Assembly: GCA_963823335.1 (NCBI GenBank)
Contig: CAWGLD010000001.1
Coordinates: 544,001-608,000, forward strand
DNA from: an uncultured delta proteobacterium
GTDB lineage: Bacteria; Desulfobacterota; Desulfobacteria; Desulfobacterales; B30-G6
Length of the DNA stretch: 64,000 nucleotides
Direction of reading: 5' to 3'
Shown: piece after piece, positions 19,243 through 28,523 of the stretch
How positions within the stretch are numbered: position 1 is the first letter of the stretch
Layout of the letters: every line of letters begins with the position of its first letter
Translations under genes and position numbers: made by a program
Notes under the pieces: generated by a model
Told to the model about the DNA's origin: nothing
The model's input: only the letters and a program-made list of their open reading frames with translations
Databases searched by the model: none

Positions 19243-19800
19243 CTAATTATCCTGCGCTTTCTTCTTGTGCATCCAAAAATAGTAAAAGGCCAACAAGGTC
19301 ATGCCATTGTCGATGCGATTGTCATGAATCTCGGAAGAAACATGGGCCAGGGGAAGCTTGATGACATCCAGGTCTTCCCCTTCATCCAAGGCGGGTGCCT
19401 GCTGAAATTCAGCATCCATGGCCAGGCATACAACACATTTGTTGCTCAATATGGCCGGCTGGGGAAAACATTCACCAATCACACGAAAATCCCTGGATCC
19501 ATAGCCGGTCTCCTCCAAAAGCTCTCTCCGGGCGGCTGCAATGGGAGAAGGATCATCCGGGTCCACCAGCCCGCCAGGCAGCTCCAGGTGTACCTTCTCG
19601 GTGCCATGGCGGTACTGGTTGACCATCACGACTTCCTGTTCCGCGGTAAGCGCCAGCACCACAACCCAGGTGGGGAAGTGAATGGCCATCACATTCATGG
19701 TCTTCCCGGTTCTGGGCGAGCGTGCCTCTTTTGATTCTATCTGCATGAGTTTGAAATCATGCAGGATTTTTCGATTCAATATTTTCCACGGTCGGATCAT
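19243..19800 (-). CDS. Nudix hydrolase (ADP-ribose pyrophosphatase/NudF-like)
   Basis: QYRHG, ELPGGLVD...AARRELLEETGY Nudix box; start set at ATG 19800 with RBS AAGGAG. Confidence 0.88.
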   Translation of the reverse strand: MIRPWKILNRKILHDFKLMQIESKEARSPRTGKTMNVMAIHFPTWVVVLALTAEQEVVMVNQYRHGTEKVHLELPGGLVDPDDPSPIAAARRELLEETGYGSRDFRVIGECFPQPAILSNKCVVCLAMDAEFQQAPALDEGEDLDVIKLPLAHVSSEIHDNRIDNGMTLLAFYYFWMHKKKAQDN

Positions 19801-19825
19801 TCTGACAACTCCTTGATTACGCAAT

Positions 19826-19942
19826 GTTTTAGGTGTTAGGTATTAAGTTTTAGGTTCAGCCACAAGACAGGTGCCCCTTTGCTGTCCGCTAATGGCCGTC
19901 ACCCTTATACCACCCTCCGACCCTCCAACCCCCTCATCACCC
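19826..19942 (-). repeat. G-tract post-stop element, diverged minus copy plus CTAAAAC heptamers
   Basis: Reverse complement: GGG tracts, ...GGGGCACCTG..., ACCTAAAACTTAATACCTAACACCTAAAAC; follows the LysR stop. Confidence 0.55.
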
Positions 19943-20890
19943 TCACCTCTGCTGGGCCAGTATCTTCAACATCAAGGCCCCGATATCCTGTGGTCGCATA
20001 TCTTCGGAGCGTAATTTTTTCAAGACTTTTTCAAAAGCCCTGGCAGGCATGGACAAGGGTTGCTTTTTCAGGTAGGCAAAACTGACGTCAAGATAAATCT
20101 GTTGTCCTTTGAGGGGAATCGTGGCCAATTTTCCTTCTTCGATTTCCGCAGCCACACAGGCCTTCACAAGAATGGAAACCCCCTCCCCTTTCTGAACCAG
20201 CTGTTTGATAAATTCGTTGTTACTGGTTTCCATGAGAACATTGGGTGTACAATCATGCTGTTTAAAAAGCATGTTCACGCGCTTTCGGGTTCCTGAACCT
20301 GTTTCCTTCATGATCAGCGGCTCTTTAGCCAGGTCCTGGGGGGAGATGTCTCCTTCGGCTGTCAGCGGGTGATTTACCGGAACAACAAGAATCAGCTCTT
20401 CCTGACTGAAAGGAACAAATGTAACCGCTGGATTCTCTGATGCCTTTGCAATGACAGCCACTTCATTCTTGAATTCCAGGAGGGTGTTGGTCATGTCCAG
20501 TGAGCTGCCCTCATCCAGATGAATTTTGATGCCGGGGTAGTCTTTATGAAAGCTGGAGAGCAGCGACGGCATAAAATAGCGCGCATAGGTCTTGGTGGTT
20601 CCCAGCCTCAGAACACCCCGTTTCAGCTCCTTCATGTCATCGATGACGTTCTCGATTTCTTTTTCATATTGAAAGATTTTCTGGGTGTATTCATACAGTG
20701 TCTTGCCTTCTTCCGTCAGATGTATCTGGCGTCCCTTTTTCTTGAACAGCTTCAGGTTGCATCCTTCTTCCAGTGCCTTGACCTGGGCCGTTACAGCCGG
20801 TTGTGTTACGAAGAGCATGCCTGCCGCAACCGTAAAACTGGCATGCTTCGCTGCATAATGAAAGGTCCTGAGCTGGTTGAAGTTCAACAT
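19943..20890 (-). CDS. LysR-family transcriptional regulator
   Basis: MLNFNQLRTF...SFTVAAGMLFVTQPAVTAQVKALEE HTH; start trimmed to ATG 20890. Confidence 0.92.
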   Translation of the reverse strand: MLNFNQLRTFHYAAKHASFTVAAGMLFVTQPAVTAQVKALEEGCNLKLFKKKGRQIHLTEEGKTLYEYTQKIFQYEKEIENVIDDMKELKRGVLRLGTTKTYARYFMPSLLSSFHKDYPGIKIHLDEGSSLDMTNTLLEFKNEVAVIAKASENPAVTFVPFSQEELILVVPVNHPLTAEGDISPQDLAKEPLIMKETGSGTRKRVNMLFKQHDCTPNVLMETSNNEFIKQLVQKGEGVSILVKACVAAEIEEGKLATIPLKGQQIYLDVSFAYLKKQPLSMPARAFEKVLKKLRSEDMRPQDIGALMLKILAQQR

Positions 20891-20983
20891 GAACGTCTTC
20901 CTTTTTGAAGTATCTCCCAACAAGTCACGGGGCAAGCGCGCGCTGTCGTGTTTCAAAACTTTTATTTATGGAAAATAAATCAC

Positions 20984-21049
20984 ATAAGAAAATGTTATAA
21001 TCAACATAAATTTAATTGAATTGACAGAATATTTTAGTTACTCCATAAA
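20984..21049 (+). promoter_or_regulatory. LysR box and sigma70 promoter of ppsA
   Basis: ATAA-GAAAATG-TTAT (T-N11-A) at 20984-20998; TTGACA 21021-21026, 17 nt, CATAAA. Confidence 0.65.
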
Positions 21050-21207
21050 TATTTATATTATATCTCCTTCTGCTGCTGAATGTTTTTGCTGATACTTCTT
21101 ACTGAGACTGGTTTCAGAGCCTCCATTATTCATCGTCCAAGCTTACCCTGCGGACCTTCAGGGTTCGGCAAAATTCCTATTAACCCCACACAAAAAGGAG
21201 GATAAAA

Positions 21208-23064
21208 ATGCCGGACGAAAAAGGAAGATTTCCAGATCCCCACGAGATTCAGGTTCCCCCGGAACTTGAGGGATGGGAGGAGATGTATCCATCACATCAC
21301 CTCTTTTCCAAGGACAGAGCAGACTGGGAAAAAGCGCAATTCTGGTATCAGGACAAGATCCATGCACCCGAGCCGGTGCCACCCCTGGATCTCATTTTTC
21401 AGGAGGCGTGGCAGATCTCCCTTTCCCAGTACACTACCCGGGTATTTTGTATTCCACCTGCCCAGGGAATCGCCCAGAGAATGGTGGGCTGTTACCTGTA
21501 CATCTGTGCCATTGCGCCCCCACCCGACGAAATTATCGGCCAGAAAGCAGCCCTGTTCGAAAAACGCGTTTTCTATGTATTTGAGCACTATGATGAACTG
21601 TGGGAAAAATGGCTCACAAAGTTCAAGGCGCTGGGCCAGGAAATGGAGGACGTGAAGGTCCCGGCGGAGTTGCCGAAATTTGTTCCGGATGATGAAGTGC
21701 TGCCCGCGCCTAAGGGCTACTACGATTCATACACACTCCTCGAATCTTTCGACAAACTTGTCAACCAGATGTTCAAGGGCTGGCAATATCATTTTGAAAT
21801 GCTCAATCTGACCTATCTGGCCTACCTCATGTTTGCCGATGTAGCCAGAAAACTTTTCCCGGGAATCAGTGAAAGCGCCATCGGCAAGATGGTGGCCGGC
21901 GCATATGTTTCCATGTTCAAACCGGAGGAGGAATTGTGCCGACTCGCCAGACTGGCACATTCGACCCAGGCCGTGGCGGATATTTTAAGGAGCGACAACA
22001 CGGCGGCGGAAAAAATCGCCACGCTTGAAAAAATATCTGAAGGTAAAAACTGGCTGGCGGAATATGAAAAATCCAAAGACCCCTGGTTCTCTGTGTCCTG
22101 CGGCAGCGGCTGGTTTCATCATGAAGGCAGCTGGACAACCAACCTCGATATTCCTTTCAGCTATCTCAAGAGTTATGTGGACCGTTTAGCCAATGGAGAA
22201 ACCATCGAACGTGCCCTGGAGGAGATCGGTAAAGAACGGGACAAAATCGTCGAAGAATACAAAAATCTCATCCAGACCGACGAAGACAGACAATCCTTCG
22301 ACGGTGCCTACAACACCATCCGAACCATCTATCGATATGCCGAGGATCATCTCTTCTGGGTGGAACATTGGTTCCATACCATTTGGTACAGAAAAATCCG
22401 GAAGATCGGGAAACTGCTTGTCGACAACGGGATGATCGATCAAGTGGATGACATTTTCATGTTCAACCGTTACGAAATTCCGCAACTTCTGACCGAAGTT
22501 TCAACGGCCTGGGCCCTGGGCGTAGACATACCCATGAGAAGTTCCCACTACAAGGCCAAGGTTGTCAAGCGTCGAAGCATTCTGGAGGCCGCCGGAAAAT
22601 GGAATCCGACACCGGCACTGGGTGTTCCGCCTGCAGAAGTGGCCGAGCCGTTTACGATCATGCTGTGGGGCATCACCACGGACAGGGTGCAGGAATGGCT
22701 CAAGGGCGTCGATGCGGCCCAGGAAGGCGATGTTTCCGAAATCAAAGGCTTTGCTTCTTCCGCCGGTGTAGCTCAAGGACCCGCAAGGGTACTGAAGTTA
22801 CTCAAGGACATCCTGGATCTGCAGCCCGGAGAAGTACTGGTTTGTCCCTCAACCAACCCGTCCTGGGCACCTGTTTTTACCAACATCAAAGCAGCCGTTA
22901 CCGACATTGGCGGTCTCACAAGTCATGCGGCCATCGTCTGCAGAGAATACGGTATTCCGTCCGTCACGGGGACGGGTGTGGCTACGTCTGTTATCAAGAC
23001 CGGCGATATCGTCAAGGTAGACGGCGATACGGGTTTGGTAGAGGTAATCGAACGGGCAGGGTAA
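21208..23064 (+). CDS. ppsA: Phenylphosphate synthase subunit A-like (PEP-utilising His domain)
   Basis: [35 protein letters not shown] and phospho-His motif [15 protein letters not shown]; matches my recollection of Thauera PpsA along its length. Confidence 0.85.
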   Translation: MPDEKGRFPDPHEIQVPPELEGWEEMYPSHHLFSKDRADWEKAQFWYQDKIHAPEPVPPLDLIFQEAWQISLSQYTTRVFCIPPAQGIAQRMVGCYLYICAIAPPPDEIIGQKAALFEKRVFYVFEHYDELWEKWLTKFKALGQEMEDVKVPAELPKFVPDDEVLPAPKGYYDSYTLLESFDKLVNQMFKGWQYHFEMLNLTYLAYLMFADVARKLFPGISESAIGKMVAGAYVSMFKPEEELCRLARLAHSTQAVADILRSDNTAAEKIATLEKISEGKNWLAEYEKSKDPWFSVSCGSGWFHHEGSWTTNLDIPFSYLKSYVDRLANGETIERALEEIGKERDKIVEEYKNLIQTDEDRQSFDGAYNTIRTIYRYAEDHLFWVEHWFHTIWYRKIRKIGKLLVDNGMIDQVDDIFMFNRYEIPQLLTEVSTAWALGVDIPMRSSHYKAKVVKRRSILEAAGKWNPTPALGVPPAEVAEPFTIMLWGITTDRVQEWLKGVDAAQEGDVSEIKGFASSAGVAQGPARVLKLLKDILDLQPGEVLVCPSTNPSWAPVFTNIKAAVTDIGGLTSHAAIVCREYGIPSVTGTGVATSVIKTGDIVKVDGDTGLVEVIERAG

Positions 23065-23101
23065 TCCGACACCTACGTTGCCCGAACAACCATTTAAGCA
23101 T

Positions 23102-23134
23102 GTTTGGAGCGGTGTAACCAACGCCGCTCCAAAC
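23102..23134. terminator. Hairpin between ppsA and ppsB
   Basis: GTTTGGAGCGG...CCGCTCCAAAC inverted repeat. Confidence 0.5.
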
Positions 23135-23156
23135 TTCCTAAAACCCGTAAACGGGG

Positions 23157-24233
23157 GTGGAAATGGAGTATGTTCTTACTTTCCTGGAGGTAGACAAAAA
23201 TTCACTGTCGCTGGTTGGCGGCAAAAACGCCAGTCTGGGAGAATTGATAAAGGCGGACATTCGCGTGCCTCCCGGTTTTGCCGTAACCACGGAGAGTTAT
23301 CATAAATTTATCACCGAAACCGGGATCAGGGACAAGATTTTCCAAATACTATCGGACATGAAGCCGGGAGACATTGCCGCCCTGAATGCCGCCAGCGAAA
23401 GTATCCAGACGCTGATACAGGGTTCAGCCCTGTCGGAAGACATCCGATCGGCCATCGAAAAAGCATATGCGGAGCTCTGCGCCGACTGCCGGGTAATCGA
23501 CATGCCGGTGGCGGTTCGTTCAAGCGCTACGGCCGAAGACCTGCCCACGGCCAGCTTCGCCGGTCAACAGGACACCTATCTCTGGATTCAGGGTCACAAA
23601 GATGTCGCGGAAAAGGTTCAGCGCTGCTGGGCCAGCCTGTTTACACCCCGGGCCATCGATTATCGTGTAAAAAATAAGTTTGCACATGAGAAAGTTCTGA
23701 TCAGCGTAGGGGTTCAGAAAATGGTGAACTCCAGAGCTGCCGGGGTTATGTTTACATTGAACCCGACCGACGGCGACCTGTCCAAGGTCGTTATCGAAGG
23801 CAGCTGGGGGCTGGGGGAGACTGTCGTTTCCGGCTCCGTCAATCCGGACAAGTTCGTGGTAGACAAGGTGGTCATGGAAACTTCAGACAAGACCATTTCC
23901 ACCAAACACATCGCCTGCGTATACGACCCGCAGGCAGGTAAGGTCGTGGATGCGGATGTGGATGAAGACATGCAGTGCAAATGCTGTCTGGAGGATATGG
24001 AAGTCAAGGCCCTGGTGAGCATGGGCAAGTTGATCGAACGGCACTACAAGCGCCCCATGGACATCGAATGGGCCATCGATAAAGACCTCGATTTCCCCGA
24101 GAATATCTTTATCGTGCAGGCGCGGCCGGAGACCGTCTGGAGCCAGCGTAAGACACGCTCGCTAATCGGCGCTAAAAGCGGCTATCAACTTTTGATGGAA
24201 CAGGCCATGAAACGGATCAAGATACCCAGTTAA
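23157..24233 (+). CDS. ppsB: Phenylphosphate synthase subunit B-like (PEP-synthase ATP-grasp domain)
   Basis: VGGKNASLGEL, AVRSSATAEDLPTASFAGQQDTYL, DIEWA, QARPETVWS; lacks His and PEP domains. Confidence 0.85.
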   Translation: MEMEYVLTFLEVDKNSLSLVGGKNASLGELIKADIRVPPGFAVTTESYHKFITETGIRDKIFQILSDMKPGDIAALNAASESIQTLIQGSALSEDIRSAIEKAYAELCADCRVIDMPVAVRSSATAEDLPTASFAGQQDTYLWIQGHKDVAEKVQRCWASLFTPRAIDYRVKNKFAHEKVLISVGVQKMVNSRAAGVMFTLNPTDGDLSKVVIEGSWGLGETVVSGSVNPDKFVVDKVVMETSDKTISTKHIACVYDPQAGKVVDADVDEDMQCKCCLEDMEVKALVSMGKLIERHYKRPMDIEWAIDKDLDFPENIFIVQARPETVWSQRKTRSLIGAKSGYQLLMEQAMKRIKIPS

Positions 24234-24239
24234 AAAATA

Positions 24240-24388
24240 GGGTTCGAGGGTCCGAGGGTCCGAGTGGCGAAGGGTGGCTGACGGCAGTGAGCGAAAGGCA
24301 CCTGCAGCCTATCGTCTAAACGCCTAAAAGAAGTGCTTGGTTCTCAGCTGAAATTAACACTAAAACCTAAAACCTAAAACGAAAATAC
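24240..24388 (+). repeat. G-tract post-stop element, copy C, plus CTAAAAC heptamers
   Basis: GGGTCCGA octamers, core TGGCTGACGGCAGTGAGCGAAAGGCACCT, then ACTAAAACCTAAAACCTAAAAC. Confidence 0.75.
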
Positions 24389-24491
24389 TGCACTAACGTC
24401 TATACCGCAAAAAAAATCGTTTGGTAAAAATCATATGGGTTTTGTTTGCATGTTTGTTCAATTCTAACCAATAAAGGAGGACTGTTGCTCT

Positions 24492-25898
24492 ATGAAGAAC
24501 ATGAGAGATTTTATCACAGAAGGTGAGAAAAAGGGCCTGTGTAAACGAATTTCAGCTGAAGTCGATTGGAATCTGGAGTTGTCGCATATCGCCAAACTCA
24601 ATGAAGAGCAAAAGGGTCCGGCGCTGCTGTTTGAAAATGTGAAGGACTATGACACACCGGTGATTACCAGTGTCTGTACCACCCCTGAAAGACTGGCATT
24701 TATCCTTGGTCAACCATTGGATTCCACGCTTGTAGATCTCTACGCGCACTGGGCCAAGCTGGGGGACAACCTGTTGGAGCCCAAGTATGTGGAAAAAGCG
24801 GATGCGCCATGCAAAGAGAATATCATCACCGGGGACGACATTGACCTTTTCAAATTCCCCGTGCCGCAGTGGTATCCTCTGGACGGGGGCCGTTATATCG
24901 GGACCGCTCATTTCTTCATCAGCAAGGATCCCGAAACCGGCTGGGTAAACCTGGGAACCTACAGGGCTCAGCTATTGGGAAAAGACAAGATTGGCACCCA
25001 GTTTATCAAGGGCAAACATGCCGACATCATGCTGAAGAAATATCAAGCCATGGGGAAACCCATGCCGGTGGCTTCAGTAATCGGGTGTGATCCTCTGCTT
25101 TTTATCCTCGGTGCAGCACGCGTTTCAGCTTTTACTTCAGAATACGATGTGGCAGGCGCCCTGCGCGGTGAGCCTGTAGAAGTCGTTAAAGGAGAAATCG
25201 TCGATCTGCCCATTCCGGCACATGCCGAGATCGTGCTCGAAGGAGAAGTGGATGCCGACAAATTTATGGAAGAAGGACCGTTCGGTGAATATACCGGGTA
25301 TTATTCCGGCGTTGGTACGGATCCACGCAATTTCATGGATGTCCAATGTGTCACCCATCGTAACAATCCGATTCTCTGGGGAACCACCGTCGGCCGGGCC
25401 GTTACAGACACGCACATGACCATGGCACTGTCATATGGGGCCACCCTTTGGCAACAATTGTTGGCCATGAAGATTCCAGGCTTGAAAGCGGTTTACTGCC
25501 CGCCGGAAGGCTCCGGACGGTTTTTGGCCATCATCTCCATGAAGCAGATGTATCCCGGGCATGCAGACCAGGTGCTCACGGCTGCCATTTCAACGGAAAT
25601 GGGTGCCTATGGTCTGAAAACCGTCATCGTCGTGGATGAGGATATCGACCCCTGGGATATTCCCCGGGTCCTGTATGCCTTGAGTTTCAGATTCCAGCCC
25701 AACCGCAGTCAGGTCATCAAGAGAGGGCGGTCCACACCACTGGATCCGTCTCTGCCCATCAATGCGCGGGAAATTACCGGTAGACTTTTGTTGGATGCCA
25801 CCATACCCTATGACTGGAAACACAAACCGATTCCCATTGAACTGGACGCGGAAATGGTGAAAAGAGTCAAGTCGCGATGGTCTGAGTTGGGGTTATAA
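24492..25898 (+). CDS. ppcB: UbiD-family carboxylase, phenylphosphate carboxylase beta-like
   Basis: EVDWNLELSH, GPALLFE, DGGRYIGT, EGPFGEYTGYY, KRGRSTPLDP; resembles PpcB as recalled. Confidence 0.85.
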   Translation: MKNMRDFITEGEKKGLCKRISAEVDWNLELSHIAKLNEEQKGPALLFENVKDYDTPVITSVCTTPERLAFILGQPLDSTLVDLYAHWAKLGDNLLEPKYVEKADAPCKENIITGDDIDLFKFPVPQWYPLDGGRYIGTAHFFISKDPETGWVNLGTYRAQLLGKDKIGTQFIKGKHADIMLKKYQAMGKPMPVASVIGCDPLLFILGAARVSAFTSEYDVAGALRGEPVEVVKGEIVDLPIPAHAEIVLEGEVDADKFMEEGPFGEYTGYYSGVGTDPRNFMDVQCVTHRNNPILWGTTVGRAVTDTHMTMALSYGATLWQQLLAMKIPGLKAVYCPPEGSGRFLAIISMKQMYPGHADQVLTAAISTEMGAYGLKTVIVVDEDIDPWDIPRVLYALSFRFQPNRSQVIKRGRSTPLDPSLPINAREITGRLLLDATIPYDWKHKPIPIELDAEMVKRVKSRWSELGL

Positions 25899-25932
25899 AA
25901 ATAAAAACGCTCAATTTAGGAGGAGTTAGGTA

Positions 25933-26448
25933 ATGTCCGATACCGACATGATAGAAGACAAAAAGGTTCTGGTGGTTGATGATGAACAGGACATTCTGGA
26001 GGTTTTGGAAGAACTGCTGGATATGTGCCATGTGACAACAGCGTCGACCTTTGATCAGGCTAAAACCCTGTTGGAAACCCAGGCCTTTGACATCGCGATT
26101 CTCGATATCATGGGGGTTGACGGATATCGCCTGTTGGAAATTGCCAACAAGAAAAAGATACCCGCAATTATGCTTACAGCGCATGCATTCTCTGCCGGCA
26201 ACCTGGTAAAGACCATCAAAGAGGGTGCCTATGCCTATGTTCCCAAAGAAGAAATCGGCCGGATCGCCGAGTTTCTTTCAGATGCCTTGAACGCCAAAAA
26301 ACAAGGCAAAAATCCCTGGCGCGTCTGGGAGGAAAGACTGCCGTCATCCTATTTTGAAAAAAGATGGGGGGCGGCCTGGAAGAATTCGGACCGGGACTTC
26401 TGGAACAAATTCAGGGAAAGCATCAAAACGCGGGATGGGAAAAAATAA
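25933..26448 (+). CDS. Response regulator receiver protein
   Basis: VLVVDDE, AILDIMG, MLTA, YVPK, with a Trp-rich C-terminal extension. Confidence 0.85.
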   Translation: MSDTDMIEDKKVLVVDDEQDILEVLEELLDMCHVTTASTFDQAKTLLETQAFDIAILDIMGVDGYRLLEIANKKKIPAIMLTAHAFSAGNLVKTIKEGAYAYVPKEEIGRIAEFLSDALNAKKQGKNPWRVWEERLPSSYFEKRWGAAWKNSDRDFWNKFRESIKTRDGKK

Positions 26449-26527
26449 CGCAGTTATCCCCAACCAGGATAAACCGGTTGGAGTGAAGCGAAAACCCTGG
26501 CTTGCCGGGGAAAAGATAAGACCTTTT

Positions 26528-26607
26528 ATCACGAAAGCACGAAAGTACGAAAACACGAAAATTTTCATGGTCTTTTTCGTGTTTTTCAGATTTCGTGTTT
26601 TCGTGAT
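26528..26607. repeat. Inverted array of CACGAAA(A/G) octamers
   Basis: Four direct units followed by 3-4 reverse-complement units, forming a long imperfect hairpin. Confidence 0.75.
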
Positions 26608-26705
26608 TGCTTATATTTTTTTGCCACATAATTTACAAATTTTACAGTGCTCTGTGTCATTTGGACTTTATAGATAAGCATGAAAAAGAAAGAAGGAGGT
26701 TTGAA

Positions 26706-28361
26706 TTGAAACCGATTCGTTACCAGAAAGATATGATCGATGAATTTGTGACCGATGGTTACTGGACCGAAGAGCTTTTCTATGACTTCTGGGATAGAAA
26801 TGCCCGGGAAATCGGTAACCGGGAAGCGCTGGTAGACTCGAAATATCGCCTGACATGGTCTGAAGCCAAAAAACTGGTGGACGCCATGGCCATTTCCTGG
26901 GTGGAAATGGGAATTCCCAAACATTCCCGGGTCATCATTCAATCGCCCAACAGTGTCTACGGGTTTCTCGCCCGAATCGCCTGTGAGAGGGCCGGACTCA
27001 TTTCTCTTACGGTCTATCCATACCTTCGTCAGAGGGAATTGGAGTACATGCTGGAGAAAACAGAGGCCAAGGCAGTCGTTATTCTGAACATCTACAACAA
27101 ATTCAATTATCTAAAAATGTACACGGAGCTCCAGAAACAGTTTCCCCATCTAAAATATTTTTTTCTTTTCGACGATGACGTTCCGGACGATGCGCCTGCG
27201 GGTACCTATTCGCTGCCCCGGATGACCCAGCTCCGGGCAGAAAAACCAGTGGACGCATCCGTGCTGGCAGAACGCAGGTTGGACCCGTTCTGGAACATCT
27301 CCCTGCTCACGACCACATCCGGCACCACCGGTATCCCCAAGCTGGTGGAGTGGCCCACCGCGCCCCGCGTCTGCACATCCAAAGGCAGATGCGCCATCTG
27401 GAACCTCAACCGTGACGACACCACCATGGCCATCGCCCCTCATGCCGGCGGAGCGGCTGGAACACTGACGTATTTCGCCGCCCCCATTGCCGGTGCCAAA
27501 ACCGTGATGTTGGAGGAGTTTTCCGGCGAAGGCGCGCTGGCGCTCATCGAAAAAGAGAAAGCTACGGCCATCGGTGTGGTTCCCACCCACCTTATACGGA
27601 TGCTGGAGGCCGACGTCTCCAAATACGATCTGAGTTCTCTGCGGTTTATCCGCTCGGCCGGCGGGTATTTATCACCCCAGGTGGCCGAAGAAGCTGAAAA
27701 CGCATTTAAGGCAAGCATTACCAGCGACCTTGGGACCCAGGACAAGGGATCGGTGTCCGGGTGCAGCGTAGAGGATTCAAAGGATCTTCGCCGCAGAACC
27801 GTCGGCCGCATGCTTCCGGGCAACAAGGTGAGATTGCTGGACAAGGACACCGGCAAAGAAGTGCCCGAGGGCGAACCCGGAGTTCTCTGGCTCAGGGGCC
27901 CCCACGCCCCGGCAGGATACTTCCGGGACGAGGAATTGACCGCCACGGTGTTCGACAAGGACGGATGGACCACCACGGAGGATATCGTCAAATTCGATCA
28001 GGGCTGTCTGTGGATTCTGGGCCGGGCCAAGGACATGATCATCCGGGGAGGACAGAACATCTATCCTGCAGAGATCGAGGGCCTGCTCAATGATCATCCC
28101 GGGGTATCGTCTGTAGCGGTTGTGGGGTATCCGGACCGGGAGATGGGTGAACGGTGCTGTGCCTACGTCATCCCCAAGCCTGGTGTGGATTTTTCCTTTG
28201 ACGAAATGGTTTCTTTTCTCAAGGGGAAAAATATTGCCATGTTCAAACTTCCGGAACGGCTCGAAATTGTGTCTGAGTTTCCCCTGGTGGGAGATTCGGG
28301 CAAGGTCAACAAGGAAACCTTGAAGGAACAGATCAAGGCATTGGTTGAGAAGGGGAGCTAA
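26706..28361 (+). CDS. Aryl/acyl-CoA ligase (EntE/cyclohexanecarboxylate-CoA ligase-like)
   Basis: TSGTTGIPK, GRAKDMIIRGGQNIYPAEIE, FKLPERL, SGKVNK; start TTG 26706 after RBS AGGAGG. Confidence 0.85.
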   Translation: MKPIRYQKDMIDEFVTDGYWTEELFYDFWDRNAREIGNREALVDSKYRLTWSEAKKLVDAMAISWVEMGIPKHSRVIIQSPNSVYGFLARIACERAGLISLTVYPYLRQRELEYMLEKTEAKAVVILNIYNKFNYLKMYTELQKQFPHLKYFFLFDDDVPDDAPAGTYSLPRMTQLRAEKPVDASVLAERRLDPFWNISLLTTTSGTTGIPKLVEWPTAPRVCTSKGRCAIWNLNRDDTTMAIAPHAGGAAGTLTYFAAPIAGAKTVMLEEFSGEGALALIEKEKATAIGVVPTHLIRMLEADVSKYDLSSLRFIRSAGGYLSPQVAEEAENAFKASITSDLGTQDKGSVSGCSVEDSKDLRRRTVGRMLPGNKVRLLDKDTGKEVPEGEPGVLWLRGPHAPAGYFRDEELTATVFDKDGWTTTEDIVKFDQGCLWILGRAKDMIIRGGQNIYPAEIEGLLNDHPGVSSVAVVGYPDREMGERCCAYVIPKPGVDFSFDEMVSFLKGKNIAMFKLPERLEIVSEFPLVGDSGKVNKETLKEQIKALVEKGS

Positions 28362-28364
28362 AAC

Positions 28365-28460
28365 AGGGTCCAGGGGTGATACAAGGGTGGTAAGAGGGTT
28401 CGAGGGTGGCTGACGGCAGTGAGCGAAAGGCACCTAAAAGCCTACAGTCTAAAGCCCTAA
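28365..28460 (+). repeat. G-tract post-stop element, copy D
   Basis: GGGTGATACAAGGG... core TGGCTGACGGCAGTGAGCGAAAGGCACCTAAAAGCCTACAGTCTAAA. Confidence 0.8.
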
Positions 28461-28523
28461 TTTTCTGAACTAGGTTCATCGGCTTTTCGCTAGTGTCCGT
28501 CCAAAAATAGAGATTTTCGCGTT

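Noticed and set aside
24275-24303. Hammerhead ribozyme in the core CTGACG-GC-AGTGA-GC-GAAA
   Set aside because: One nucleotide short of CUGANGA in all copies, no stem III or NUH site, and a simple GCTGAC/GT(T/G)AGC hairpin explains it.
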